Positions 27,639 through 36,640 of a stretch of DNA of 50,913 nt are shown one piece after another. This DNA comes from Nitrospiraceae bacterium. Its GTDB lineage: Bacteria; Nitrospirota; Nitrospiria; Nitrospirales; Nitrospiraceae. Where the stretch lies: the NCBI GenBank assembly GCA_035607135.1, contig DATNCR010000348.1:1-50913 (forward strand), in the 5' to 3' direction. The position numbers and the translations under genes were made by a program. Position 1 is the stretch's first letter. Every line of letters starts with the position of its first letter. The notes beneath the pieces are model-generated. The model searched no databases, was not told the DNA's origin, and was given only the letters and a program-made list of their open reading frames with translations.

Positions 27639-28942
27639 GACGATATTGTGTGCCGGCCGGCTTCAGGATTGTGGAGACTGCCTCGCGGAGCCGAACGCCC
27701 CGATCGAGTGCGACTGAGGAGATCATGATAGAGCTGCTCCGTCGTCGCGACAGCCCGATCGAGGGAATAGCGGGAAAATACCAGCTGCCTTCCGGCGTGA
27801 CCCAAGTTCGCAGCCAGCTCTCCGTTCTCCAACAAACGGCAGATCGCGCCGGCCAATGCGTCTGCATCGGCTGGTGGCACCAGTAGTCCGTTCACACCGT
27901 CTTCGACAATTTCAGGGGTCCCGCCGACGCGTGTCGCCACGACCGGGAGGCCAGCCGCCAATGATTCTAGGAGTGAATTTGAAAGTCCTTCTAATCCGAG
28001 CGAGGGATGAACCGAAACCGTCAACGCTGACAACAGCTCCGGCACATCCAGCCGAAAACCAGTGAAGATCACTCGATCTTGCAACCCCAGAGTGATGGCC
28101 AGCTGCTTGAGTTCCTCCCGGTAGCCTTGGTCGATTTTGTTATCACCGACAATGACAAATCGGATTCGCGGGATCCGGGCTGCAACCAGGGCAGCGGCCC
28201 GCAGAAAGTATTCGTGCCCCTTGATTTTCATCAGCCGTGACACAACACCGACGACGGGAGTTCCCGACGGAATGTTCCATTCCTGGCGTACACGCTCGCC
28301 GGTATGGGGAATCCGGAACCGCTCGGTATCGACGCCATTGGGGATCACCGTCAAATAATCCGGACTATAGCCTCGTCGTATCAAATCCTTCTTGATCGCT
28401 TCGGCATTCATCACGATGTGATCGGCCAGTCGGAGACAGACCTTTTGGACTTCATGCTGCCAGGGAGTCCAAATATCGCCGATGTCACGCACCGAGCCGA
28501 TAATCACCGGTACGCCGGCAAAGCGGGCTGCGGGAATTGCAAAGACGTTTGGGTAGAAGCTATATGTATGAAGGATCTGAATGCCCTGCCGGCGCAGGTT
28601 CCGTCCGAACTCCATCTGTTTCCTCAGCGTGGCATATCCATACAAGCGGCGGATTTTGTACTCCGCAATCGACCAGGATTGTGCATGACATTCGGCTAAC
28701 AATTCCCCCACCCGGTGCAAACAGGCGAACTGCAGGTCGAACCGCCGAGGGTCCAACCCCTTGCTGATGTTGACAACCTGCCGCTCCGTCCCTCCGATGG
28801 CAAAGAGCGTGACGAACTTCATCAGTCTAATCCGTTCACAACGGGCGTGAGAAAACGGCTCAGCGGGCAACAAATTTGTCGTAGCCGCGGACTCAGCGGA
28901 TGGCGAAAGCCTGAGAGAGTCCGATGGAATTAATCCTGACAT
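27635..28942 (-). CDS. Family-4 (GT-B) glycosyltransferase
   Basis: MKFVTLFAIGGTERQVV...VGVVSRLMKIKGHEYF...EGLSNSLLESLAAGLPVVATRVGGTPEIV. The ATG at 28942 has GAGGA 4 nt upstream and overlaps the upstream stop by 13 nt. The ATG at 28822 (MKFVTLF) is the alternative, homology-like start. Confidence 0.82.
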   Translation of the reverse strand: MSGLIPSDSLRLSPSAESAATTNLLPAEPFSHARCERIRLMKFVTLFAIGGTERQVVNISKGLDPRRFDLQFACLHRVGELLAECHAQSWSIAEYKIRRLYGYATLRKQMEFGRNLRRQGIQILHTYSFYPNVFAIPAARFAGVPVIIGSVRDIGDIWTPWQHEVQKVCLRLADHIVMNAEAIKKDLIRRGYSPDYLTVIPNGVDTERFRIPHTGERVRQEWNIPSGTPVVGVVSRLMKIKGHEYFLRAAALVAARIPRIRFVIVGDNKIDQGYREELKQLAITLGLQDRVIFTGFRLDVPELLSALTVSVHPSLGLEGLSNSLLESLAAGLPVVATRVGGTPEIVEDGVNGLLVPPADADALAGAICRLLENGELAANLGHAGRQLVFSRYSLDRAVATTEQLYHDLLSRTRSGRSAPRGSLHNPEAGRHTISS

Positions 28943-30288
28943 GGAGTCCTCATCGATCGTGAGACGGCATGCGCGGCGAGCGCAAGGGCCGCAAGATAAT
29001 AGAAATACGGATGATAGCTGACTGGATGGAACAGGGCGGCCAAGGTAAACGCCAACAAACTGATCTGAATTCCTTCCGCGAGCTGACCTAAGGTTTTCAT
29101 GTCCGGGGACCTCGCGGCTCGTTGCTGCACCTGAATTGTGCTCTTCAGGCACGCTACCAATAACGCGACAAACACCAAGACCCCCGGGACACCCAGATCC
29201 AAGGTCAATTCCAAAAATACATTGTGCACCGGCCTCCATCCGCCTCCCCGCGCCTCATTCATGGCCAGCACATTCATGCCCACACCCGCTCCAACGATGG
29301 GCGACGAGAAGGCATGCTTCATCGCGATCATCATGTCTGTCCACCGTTCACCCGCGGAGCCGGTCGAATCGGCTTCCGTGTGGATGATCGTGCTCATGCG
29401 ATCGAAGTACGTCGACGGCAACAGGGGTACACAGAGCAAGACCACGACTAAGAGGCCATACATCCATACTCGCTCGGCGCGGCGACGCAGCTTCCACATA
29501 TAGACAAGAATGATGGCCCCCAACGTAAGGAACCCACCCCGGGAAAACGTCAGAATGACGGTGAGCCCTTCCAGAGCCAGCATGCCCAACAACGTTGCCC
29601 TGACTGCCGCGTGCATGCTGCTCAAGAGGAGTGCCGCGGTCAGCGGGATGATGATGTTGACCATGAGGGCCAAGTCGTTCGGATTTTTCGTCAGGGCCCC
29701 TTCGTTCCCAACCACGCGATCTTGATTGGCGGCCTGATCGATGAACACGCCCGACGCATAATTATAAATCGTAAACATCGCGAGCCCGACCGCCATGAGA
29801 CTCAGGCTCCAGGCCACTTGGCGCAGCCGGAGGAGAGTCACGGCCGTATGGCTCAACAACCAAAAGATCGCGAGTGTCTTAAAGTACTGCCCGGTCAGGA
29901 AGGCCACGCTGCCGCCCGGCCAGATCGAGAAGGGCACCGTTACTATGGCCCAGCCAGCCAAGGCGCCGATCAGCCATAATTGCCGGACGCGCATGAACAG
30001 CGGCGCGCCATGATTGATTCGATCTATGAGATAGGCACCGATGCCGATCACGGCCGGAATCATCGCCGGCCTCACCGATTCGAGTGCAGGGAAATAGGCT
30101 TGCGGGGAAAACAGGAGGACCGCCGTGAAGACGATCGTAGCCCAAAACGGAACCCCGCTATGAGGGGGCGCCCACGTCCCAGAGTCGGCTTGTCCGGCGC
30201 GCCAATCGGCTTGAGTCCGTTCAGCCCTCCACCATCCACTGCTGGTCTGTTCCATGAGCGAGTCCCGCATATGGTCCTTACACCGCAT
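28930..30288 (-). CDS. O-antigen ligase/Wzy-like polymerase (Wzy_C domain membrane protein)
   Basis: About 10-12 TM helices, with LTFSRGGFLTLGAIILVYMW and a long periplasmic loop (THTEADSTGSAGERW), as in Wzy/WaaL-family proteins. Confidence 0.7.
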   Translation of the reverse strand: MRCKDHMRDSLMEQTSSGWWRAERTQADWRAGQADSGTWAPPHSGVPFWATIVFTAVLLFSPQAYFPALESVRPAMIPAVIGIGAYLIDRINHGAPLFMRVRQLWLIGALAGWAIVTVPFSIWPGGSVAFLTGQYFKTLAIFWLLSHTAVTLLRLRQVAWSLSLMAVGLAMFTIYNYASGVFIDQAANQDRVVGNEGALTKNPNDLALMVNIIIPLTAALLLSSMHAAVRATLLGMLALEGLTVILTFSRGGFLTLGAIILVYMWKLRRRAERVWMYGLLVVVLLCVPLLPSTYFDRMSTIIHTEADSTGSAGERWTDMMIAMKHAFSSPIVGAGVGMNVLAMNEARGGGWRPVHNVFLELTLDLGVPGVLVFVALLVACLKSTIQVQQRAARSPDMKTLGQLAEGIQISLLAFTLAALFHPVSYHPYFYYLAALALAAHAVSRSMRTPCQD

Positions 30289-31366
30289 CCAATCGCTCGT
30301 CAGCCGTGACGTCCGCCTGGGGGACCGGCGGCTTTTCAGGACCTGCCTGCCGGCTCTCCTGTCCGAGAATCACGATCTTGATTGTCATGAGGAGGATGCG
30401 AAGGTCCAACCACATCGAGAAATATTTGATGTAGTGCAAGTCGTAGCACATCTTCTCCGTCTCTTCCTCGAGACTATTGGCATATCCGTAACGGACCTGC
30501 GCCCAGCCGGTAATGCCGGGCAGCACCATCGAACGGAATCCGTAGAACGGAATGCGATCCATGAAGAGGTTATAGTTGGACGCCGGATGCGGACGAGGCC
30601 CGACCAGGTTCATGTGACCCAGGAGCACGTTCACGAGCTGTGGCACTTCATCCAGCCGGAACTTCCGCAGCCATCGTCCGACCCGCGTGATGCGATCGCC
30701 ATTGTCTTTCACCCATTCGGAAGTCCGCTCCGCGGCCGGATGCATGGTGCGAAACTTCACGAGGGGAAACCGCCTGCCATTCTTCCCGATCCGTTCCTGT
30801 ACGAATAGCACCGGCCCGGAAGAATCGATTTTGATGAGCAGAGCAATGGCGGCAAGAAGAGGGGCGCACAGCAGAAGTCCGACCGCCGACAAGACCACGC
30901 TCATGACCCGCTGGAGCGCGCAATGAATAGCACGGTGGCGCAATTCATTGGCATAGAGAAGATAACTTGGATACAGCCGATCAAGAGCCAGCTTTCCGGT
31001 AAGCCGCTCGTACACATGCAGTGCCTCCTCAATGACGATGCCCCGTCGCTTGGCTTCAAGAAGGGCCTCGATCGGGACCCGCCCCCTGCGTTCGACTAAC
31101 GCCACCACAATGCGATGGGGCTGCGTGTTTGGTTGTAATTGCAGGTCATCCGGCCCAGGGATCACACTTCCGTTTTTCAGGGCTCGGCACGGATTGCCGA
31201 GTTCCGCGCCTTCCAGCACCCGATAGCGAGGCCGCTTCTTCAGTTCGGCGATCACCGTACGGGCCACTTCGCTTTTGCCTAGAACCAGCACAGTCTCGAC
31301 CATATCTCGTGACCTCAGTATGAGCCAGGACGGCTCGCCAATAGCGCAGCGACTGTCACCGTCCAC
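30278..31366 (-). CDS. Polyprenyl-phosphate glycosyl-1-phosphate transferase (bacterial sugar transferase, priming enzyme); N-terminal region appears truncated or frameshifted
   Basis: The catalytic domain is LLSAVGLLLCAPLLAAIALLIKIDSSGPVLFVQERIG.NGRRF...KFRTM...DEVPQLVNVLLGHMNLVGPRPH...VLPGITGWAQV. Only a Rossmann-like linker (VLVLGKSEVARTVIAEL) lies upstream of it. The usual 4-TM N-terminal block is absent from this frame. Confidence 0.85.
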   Translation of the reverse strand: MDGDSRCAIGEPSWLILRSRDMVETVLVLGKSEVARTVIAELKKRPRYRVLEGAELGNPCRALKNGSVIPGPDDLQLQPNTQPHRIVVALVERRGRVPIEALLEAKRRGIVIEEALHVYERLTGKLALDRLYPSYLLYANELRHRAIHCALQRVMSVVLSAVGLLLCAPLLAAIALLIKIDSSGPVLFVQERIGKNGRRFPLVKFRTMHPAAERTSEWVKDNGDRITRVGRWLRKFRLDEVPQLVNVLLGHMNLVGPRPHPASNYNLFMDRIPFYGFRSMVLPGITGWAQVRYGYANSLEEETEKMCYDLHYIKYFSMWLDLRILLMTIKIVILGQESRQAGPEKPPVPQADVTADERLDAV

Positions 31367-31528
31367 GTGCCGGCGAGACTGAGCCTTGACAACGCATCGG
31401 ACAGTGTGCCGACGGACAGGAGCGCAATTCCCAAGGCCGCGGCGGCCGACCGTGATCGCGAAAGATGAAATGCAAAGCTCGAGATGAGTGGCACGGTGTC
31501 GTAGAGCACGTATGAGAGTGGAATGTGT

Positions 31529-31545
31529 GGAACTTCGAAAGTTCC
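31529..31545 (-). promoter_or_regulatory. Perfect 7-bp stem / 3-nt loop hairpin immediately after the tyrosine-kinase stop codon
   Basis: GGAACTT-CGA-AAGTTCC read directly. It starts 4 nt downstream of the TAG at 31549-31551. No U-tract follows. Confidence 0.5.
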
Positions 31546-31548
31546 GGC

Positions 31549-32370
31549 CTATGCGGATTGAGACGGAAGGAAGTAGGGCTGATATTTATAGGACTTCACG
31601 AGGCCGTCATCACTATTAAACACCAGGCCCACCAGCTTCGACGGGCCGAGGATGTCCAGCGCTTCTCCTACTTCTTTACGCGAGGTCTTGTGGGCGCAGA
31701 CCACCATAACAAACCCATCCACGTTGCGCCCGATCGTCAAACAGTCCGGTGTCAGCATCAGCGGTGCGGTATCAAGGATGATCCAATCAAAATCGCGGCG
31801 GGCTTCGTCGATCAGTTCCGAGAAGCGAGACGACTTAAATATTTCATGCGGCATCACTTGGGAGCGTCCGGCCGTTACGAGAGACAAATTCCATCCTGGC
31901 AGTCGGTGCACAATATCGTTCAGGCTCAACGCAGGATTGATAATCGCATCCCGAAACCCGAGCAACTGCGGGTCTCTCAAACCCAATTGTGCCGGGATCG
32001 ACGACTTCCGGAAATCGATATCAATCAAGACCACACGCACATCTGGAGACTGCGCGAATGCGCCGGCCAGGTTAATCGATGTCATCGTTTTTCCGTCTCC
32101 GAGCGTCGGGCTGGAGATGGCCACGACCTGGAACAGGCCACTGTGGCGACGCTGTTCCAACATCAGGCTCAGGGTCCGGTATTGCTCGGCCTCCATGGTG
32201 GCTGGCGAGACCAGACTGACCAGGTGATCGTCGGGTTTCAGCAGTCCAATGGCCTCAGGGACCGATGCTTCCCTGCGGACGGCAATGCCGCCATAGGACC
32301 GACCGGAGGCACAAGACTCCAACGACGCTTGTAAGGCGGGATTAATATGTTCATTCATGGCCGACGACAT
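31549..32370 (-). CDS. BY-kinase (CpsD/CapB-type tyrosine autokinase, stand-alone ATPase subunit)
   Basis: Walker A is AISSPTLGDGKTMTS, Walker A' is VVLIDIDFRKS and Walker B is DWIILDTAP. The short C-terminal tyrosine cluster is SYKYQPY. Confidence 0.85.
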   Translation of the reverse strand: MSSAMNEHINPALQASLESCASGRSYGGIAVRREASVPEAIGLLKPDDHLVSLVSPATMEAEQYRTLSLMLEQRRHSGLFQVVAISSPTLGDGKTMTSINLAGAFAQSPDVRVVLIDIDFRKSSIPAQLGLRDPQLLGFRDAIINPALSLNDIVHRLPGWNLSLVTAGRSQVMPHEIFKSSRFSELIDEARRDFDWIILDTAPLMLTPDCLTIGRNVDGFVMVVCAHKTSRKEVGEALDILGPSKLVGLVFNSDDGLVKSYKYQPYFLPSQSA

Positions 32371-32400
32371 CCTCCTTCACGAGAGGCGAGCGTCTCGTTG

Positions 32401-34002
32401 TTAACGAGTTTGCTGTGGCGGTGGTTTGTTTTCGCTCAACATCCAGACTAAGGACTCATTCTCCCATCCCAGGTAAAACGACGCGCCCACGACCAATACC
32501 AGACTGACGATCGAGGCGGCAGCGCGCAAGGTCGCCCGCGCATAGCGGTTCCGGCGCTCCCGCTTCGTCACAATCGCCGGAATGCGCACCAAGATCGGGA
32601 CCCGCGTAAACGCGCGAAGACTGTCCACATCGTGAAAAGATTTGTCGCGATATTCCATCCACATGATGATGGCCATGGCGAGCCCGAATGACAGCACCAA
32701 TCCGCCGAGAATCAGCTTCAATCGACTAGGGGCGATCGGGGCTTTTGAAGGCATCGCTGGATCAATGATCTTCATTTGACCGCTATACTTGGTTTGCTCC
32801 ATGTTTTCAGCCAGTTGGGCGTCTTCAAATCGTTGCAGAACGGAGGAATACATGTCGCGCGTCATCTTGTGATCGCGATCCAGTTGTTGAAACTCCTGCG
32901 CATGATGGGGCGACCGTTCGACCCGGTGCTGATAGGCAGCCAGCTCCCGTCGTAAACGTTGCTCTTCCGCTTCCAAATTCTTTAAATCACGGTCCAGGTC
33001 GCGTAGCGCATGCTTAATCTCGTCCGGGCTGACCAGCAAGGCCGCCGCCTGAGCGGGATCGAGCCGGGCCTCCAAGGCAGTGTCGGCGAGCGCTTTTTCG
33101 ATCGCTGCAATCTCGTCCTGAACGCGGCGGACATCCGGATGCTTCGGATTCGCCCGGGTCCGTAACTCCGTCAGCTCGGTGCGGAGTTTTTCCAGATGAT
33201 ATGGCAATGAATCGGGACTCACCGCAGGGGCTGCGACGCCAGAGTTGATGTCGAATAATTGCTTGCCTAACCGTTCACGTCGCTCCACGATCCGCATCTG
33301 TCGCTCGCTGTTCAAGCCCAGCTCCTGATTGAGCCTTCCAAGAGTCGCCAGGTTCACTTCAACCTGTTCAGGCAGTTCCCCCATATTGCGTAGCTTAAAC
33401 GCTGCGATTGCCCGCTCCTGTTCATCATATCGATGCTTGATCTCATCGACCTGCCTTTTTAAGAGCGTGGTCGCATCGGATGCCTGCCGGTTGCGCATTT
33501 GGAGATTTTCTTCGACGTATTGGGCCGCCAGCGTGTTCGCGACCTTCGCCACCGTCTCCGGATCCCGGCCGCGATAGCTCACTTTGAAACCAAACGTGTT
33601 GTCGCGCCCATACACTTGGCGCTGCAATTCCTTCACCTCGAGTGTGAGGTCGCGGCGCATCCGGTCTGCAATGGCTTCATCATGCGTCCGTTTCCGAAGG
33701 TCCGGATAGAGATCGAAACGAGTCACCAGTGCCAGCAGGCTGGACCGATTCAAGAGCTTTTCGCGAATCATGTTCAAGCGCGTATCCGCTTCGCCGGTCA
33801 CGGATGATTTCACGAACCCTTCGGGAATCTGCTGTTGTTCCACGAGCACCGTGGCGGTGGAACTGAAGAGATCGGGCAAGGACAGAGTCATGCTCAGTGT
33901 TGCGGCCATTGGCACAGAAAAAAACAAGAGCCCCAGCCATTTGCGGCGGCTCCAGACTTCGACCGCCAGACTCACGATCGATCGTGCTTCAGTATCCTGC
34001 AT
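32401..34002 (-). CDS. Polysaccharide co-polymerase / chain-length determinant (Wzz-type, two TM segments plus long coiled-coil periplasmic domain)
   Basis: N-terminal TM segment (WLGLLFFSVPMAATLSMTL), a long coiled-coil region rich in heptad repeats, a proline-rich segment PAMPSKAPIAPSRLK, then a second TM segment (LILGGLVLSFGLAMAIIMW). Confidence 0.8.
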   Translation of the reverse strand: MQDTEARSIVSLAVEVWSRRKWLGLLFFSVPMAATLSMTLSLPDLFSSTATVLVEQQQIPEGFVKSSVTGEADTRLNMIREKLLNRSSLLALVTRFDLYPDLRKRTHDEAIADRMRRDLTLEVKELQRQVYGRDNTFGFKVSYRGRDPETVAKVANTLAAQYVEENLQMRNRQASDATTLLKRQVDEIKHRYDEQERAIAAFKLRNMGELPEQVEVNLATLGRLNQELGLNSERQMRIVERRERLGKQLFDINSGVAAPAVSPDSLPYHLEKLRTELTELRTRANPKHPDVRRVQDEIAAIEKALADTALEARLDPAQAAALLVSPDEIKHALRDLDRDLKNLEAEEQRLRRELAAYQHRVERSPHHAQEFQQLDRDHKMTRDMYSSVLQRFEDAQLAENMEQTKYSGQMKIIDPAMPSKAPIAPSRLKLILGGLVLSFGLAMAIIMWMEYRDKSFHDVDSLRAFTRVPILVRIPAIVTKRERRNRYARATLRAAASIVSLVLVVGASFYLGWENESLVWMLSENKPPPQQTR

Positions 34003-34027
34003 CGTTTCCTCCTCGAACTACGGCGAA

Positions 34028-34681
34028 CTACGGCACGACGATGATGTCGCCCGGTTGGAGAAAGAAATTTTCCAACGCGCCGTTATTCGACACGACTTTG
34101 TTGTAGTTGAAAGGAATCTGCCGCATGGTTTTGCCTTCCGGACGAAGGACAACGATCCGGCCCCGCCCGGCAAATTCTCCGAATCCTTCGGCCATGGCCA
34201 AGATGTCAAGTACAGTGGCCCGTCCCTTCAGTTCATGCCGCCCGGTTCTTTTGACTTCGCCGATCACGGACACTTTGAAACTATGCACTTCGCGCACGAT
34301 GACCGACACTTCCGGGGACGGCACGTATTCGGCCAGTTTCTTCAGGAGGACACTCCGCAGCTGCGTCGGCGTCAAGCCGGCTGCCTGCACGTCGTTGACG
34401 AGGGGGAGAGAGATTTTCCCGTCCGGCCGGACGGGCACGGTCCGACTGATGGCGGTATTGTTCCACACGGAGATATCGAGCACGTCCTCCGGTCCTATAC
34501 GGTAATCGCCGATTTCTTGTGCTTGAGCCAGCGAATGATCTGCCTCCGAGGCGGTCGAACTCGCGGAACTCGAAGAGGGACCAGGTGGGTTGGAAGCAAC
34601 CGGAGGCGGGTCGCCCGCATAGCATAGCGTTCCACCTAGATAACAGATGGCCAGAAATACGAACATGCGTGGTGTCATCAT
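34028..34681 (-). CDS. Outer-membrane polysaccharide export protein (Wza/OPX family, Poly_export plus SLBB)
   Basis: Lipoprotein-like signal sequence, then YRIGPEDVLDISVWNN (PES motif) and a C-terminal LQPGDIIVVP (SLBB). The ATG at 34681 overlaps the upstream stop (ATGA). Confidence 0.85.
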   Translation of the reverse strand: MMTPRMFVFLAICYLGGTLCYAGDPPPVASNPPGPSSSSASSTASEADHSLAQAQEIGDYRIGPEDVLDISVWNNTAISRTVPVRPDGKISLPLVNDVQAAGLTPTQLRSVLLKKLAEYVPSPEVSVIVREVHSFKVSVIGEVKRTGRHELKGRATVLDILAMAEGFGEFAGRGRIVVLRPEGKTMRQIPFNYNKVVSNNGALENFFLQPGDIIVVP

Positions 34682-35940
34682 GCTTCTCCTTCCGAAGCGA
34701 TATTCCACCGTGACGGATATGAGAACTCCAACCGGAGCCAGTACACATTGCGGGCGATGACGATGTTATCGGCGGAGCCTCCCCCGGTCGGCACAAAGTT
34801 TCCTTCCTGATAACTGAGATACGCTGATCCTTTCGCCGTCACGAATTGATTGAATTGATAGGCCGCTTCAATATATCCGGTATAAATGGTCGAATCGAAT
34901 GAGCTGTTTCGAATCCAAGTCGCCATCGGCGCGGCGGTCACTGTGAAATGCTTGAACAGCTCCTGCCTGGCACTGATCGAAATACTGTCGGTTTGTGTGC
35001 CGCCGACCGTACCCACAATCGTCGTGATGGCGCTAATATATGACAGCCCGATTTCTCCATTGGGAATGCGCTGACTGAGGCGCACAAAAGCCTCCGGACG
35101 ATTGTCCAATTGACCCCTGGTAAAGCGGGGACCGGCCCGTACATCCATCCGGGTATCCGATGAAAATTCGTGTCCCCAGGACAGCTGCATGGCATGTGAC
35201 TGGAACGAAGCGGGATTACCGAGAAATCCAAGGGATCCATTAGGATCCACATCAAAGGTGAAATACCGTCCGACATAGGCGGGTCCCAACGTATCGTGGG
35301 GGCCAAATCTGTGTTCGAGGCTCGCGTTGATAATGTTCGAATTGATCTCTACTCCTCTGAACATATCCTTGGCGAATGCGTATTGGCCGATCAGTTTCGT
35401 GCTTTGATCAATCCGATACTCCGCTGTCGGATTGACGAAATACCGCTCAGTGCGAAATCGTGCCGTCTGCGCCGAGGTCAGGATGTTTAATTCGAACGGG
35501 GTATTCGTCTGCGCGTATCCTACGGTGGTTCCGACCGTCCAGCTGGTCGAGGGACGCCAGCGGGTATCTACCGTTCCAAATTGCCGTTGCTGCGCCGTGC
35601 TCAATTGGTCCAGCTTGCTATAGACTTCAGAATCAAAACGGTAGTCGCCGACGATCGTGAAGGGTGTGGATTGGTAGCTCGCTTGCAACCCAGGCGTCAC
35701 CCGAAGAAACACGTCCTCCTGCTTTCGCCCTTGACGTGCGAAAAAGACATTGTCGTCATACACTACGCCAGTGGCGATCCAGGGCATGATGTATACATCT
35801 TCCGGAACTTTGCCGCCTGACATCACAGTGGGCGCCATAGGCGAACGGGGAATGCCTTGGATCATCTGAGCCGATCCGATCGCCGGGAGGAACATGACCA
35901 CAAAAACAATACCTCCGACGATGCCCCAATCGTCACGCAT
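34678..35940 (-). CDS. Outer-membrane beta-barrel protein of the type associated with PEP-CTERM/EPS export loci
   Basis: Signal peptide (IVFVVMFLPAIGSAQ), alternating amphipathic beta-strand pattern throughout, aromatic-rich strand ends, 420 aa. The family assignment is by position and composition only. Confidence 0.55.
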   Translation of the reverse strand: MRDDWGIVGGIVFVVMFLPAIGSAQMIQGIPRSPMAPTVMSGGKVPEDVYIMPWIATGVVYDDNVFFARQGRKQEDVFLRVTPGLQASYQSTPFTIVGDYRFDSEVYSKLDQLSTAQQRQFGTVDTRWRPSTSWTVGTTVGYAQTNTPFELNILTSAQTARFRTERYFVNPTAEYRIDQSTKLIGQYAFAKDMFRGVEINSNIINASLEHRFGPHDTLGPAYVGRYFTFDVDPNGSLGFLGNPASFQSHAMQLSWGHEFSSDTRMDVRAGPRFTRGQLDNRPEAFVRLSQRIPNGEIGLSYISAITTIVGTVGGTQTDSISISARQELFKHFTVTAAPMATWIRNSSFDSTIYTGYIEAAYQFNQFVTAKGSAYLSYQEGNFVPTGGGSADNIVIARNVYWLRLEFSYPSRWNIASEGEA

Positions 35941-35995
35941 GAGTACCCGCCTTATCTATACCGAGCGATTCGGAAGACTTGCCCCAAGCCCCCCG

Positions 35996-36640
35996 TCACG
36001 CTGCCACGGCAGAGACGCAGTCTATTTCGACCGCAACGCTACGTTGAAACAAATTCACAGACAGCACTAATAGGCCCTTGCCGGCATGCCGATCGATGAG
36101 AATCCCTTCCACACCCGCCAGCGGTCCTTCCGTTATCCGCACACGTTGCCCGGCACGCAGGTAGGGATGAGGTGTCGCCTGGATGTTGGAATCCACCAAG
36201 ACGCGGATTGCATCGATTTCATTGTCCGGAACTGCCGCCAGGCTACCCTTCTCGCCACTTAAGATGCAAACCAACCCTCGTGCACTCAACAGCTCGGCAT
36301 AGCGTCGGTCTGTCATTTGGTCGCGTACAAACAGATAACCCGGAAACATCGGCGTCAGAATGCGGTGGCGCACGCCCGCACGTCGAGACCATATGGATAA
36401 CTTCGGAAGAAATGTCTCAAATCCTTTGGCAATGAGCTGGTCATGGACAAGTTGTTCGCAACGACTGTGCGTCCATAAGGCCCACCAGTGTTCTTGCACA
36501 ATACAGCTTGCCTTCGCACAATCGATTCCCATACGGTTGTCAGTACTCACATAATCTAGCAAGGCTTCGCCCCCTTCGGTTTTGGACATGTCCCCAATTC
36601 CGAATTCATTTTCCTGTTCTCGCGCCTTCAGTCGCGTCAA
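35996..36640 (-). CDS. NusG-family paralog (RfaH/UpxY-like operon-specific antiterminator), first gene of the EPS operon
   Basis: The NGN domain is WWALWTHSRCEQLVHDQLIAKGFETFLPKL...MFPGYLFVR. The KOW motif is GQRVRITEGPLAGVEGIL. The start is uncertain; ATGs at 36589 and 36532 are alternatives. Confidence 0.8.
   Translation of the reverse strand: MTRLKAREQENEFGIGDMSKTEGGEALLDYVSTDNRMGIDCAKASCIVQEHWWALWTHSRCEQLVHDQLIAKGFETFLPKLSIWSRRAGVRHRILTPMFPGYLFVRDQMTDRRYAELLSARGLVCILSGEKGSLAAVPDNEIDAIRVLVDSNIQATPHPYLRAGQRVRITEGPLAGVEGILIDRHAGKGLLVLSVNLFQRSVAVEIDCVSAVAA

Noticed and set aside
31525-32334. 269-aa plus-strand ORF, with similar long ORFs at 33770-34627 (+), 27015-27728 (+), 20064-20594 (+), 2632-3357 (+) and 47330-48295 (+)
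   Set aside because: All lie antisense to genes with strong family motifs (BY-kinase, PCP/exporter, GNAT fusion, DegT-like, delta-60 protein, porin). Their translations are Arg/Pro/His-rich with no motifs. This is typical of shadow ORFs in GC-rich DNA.
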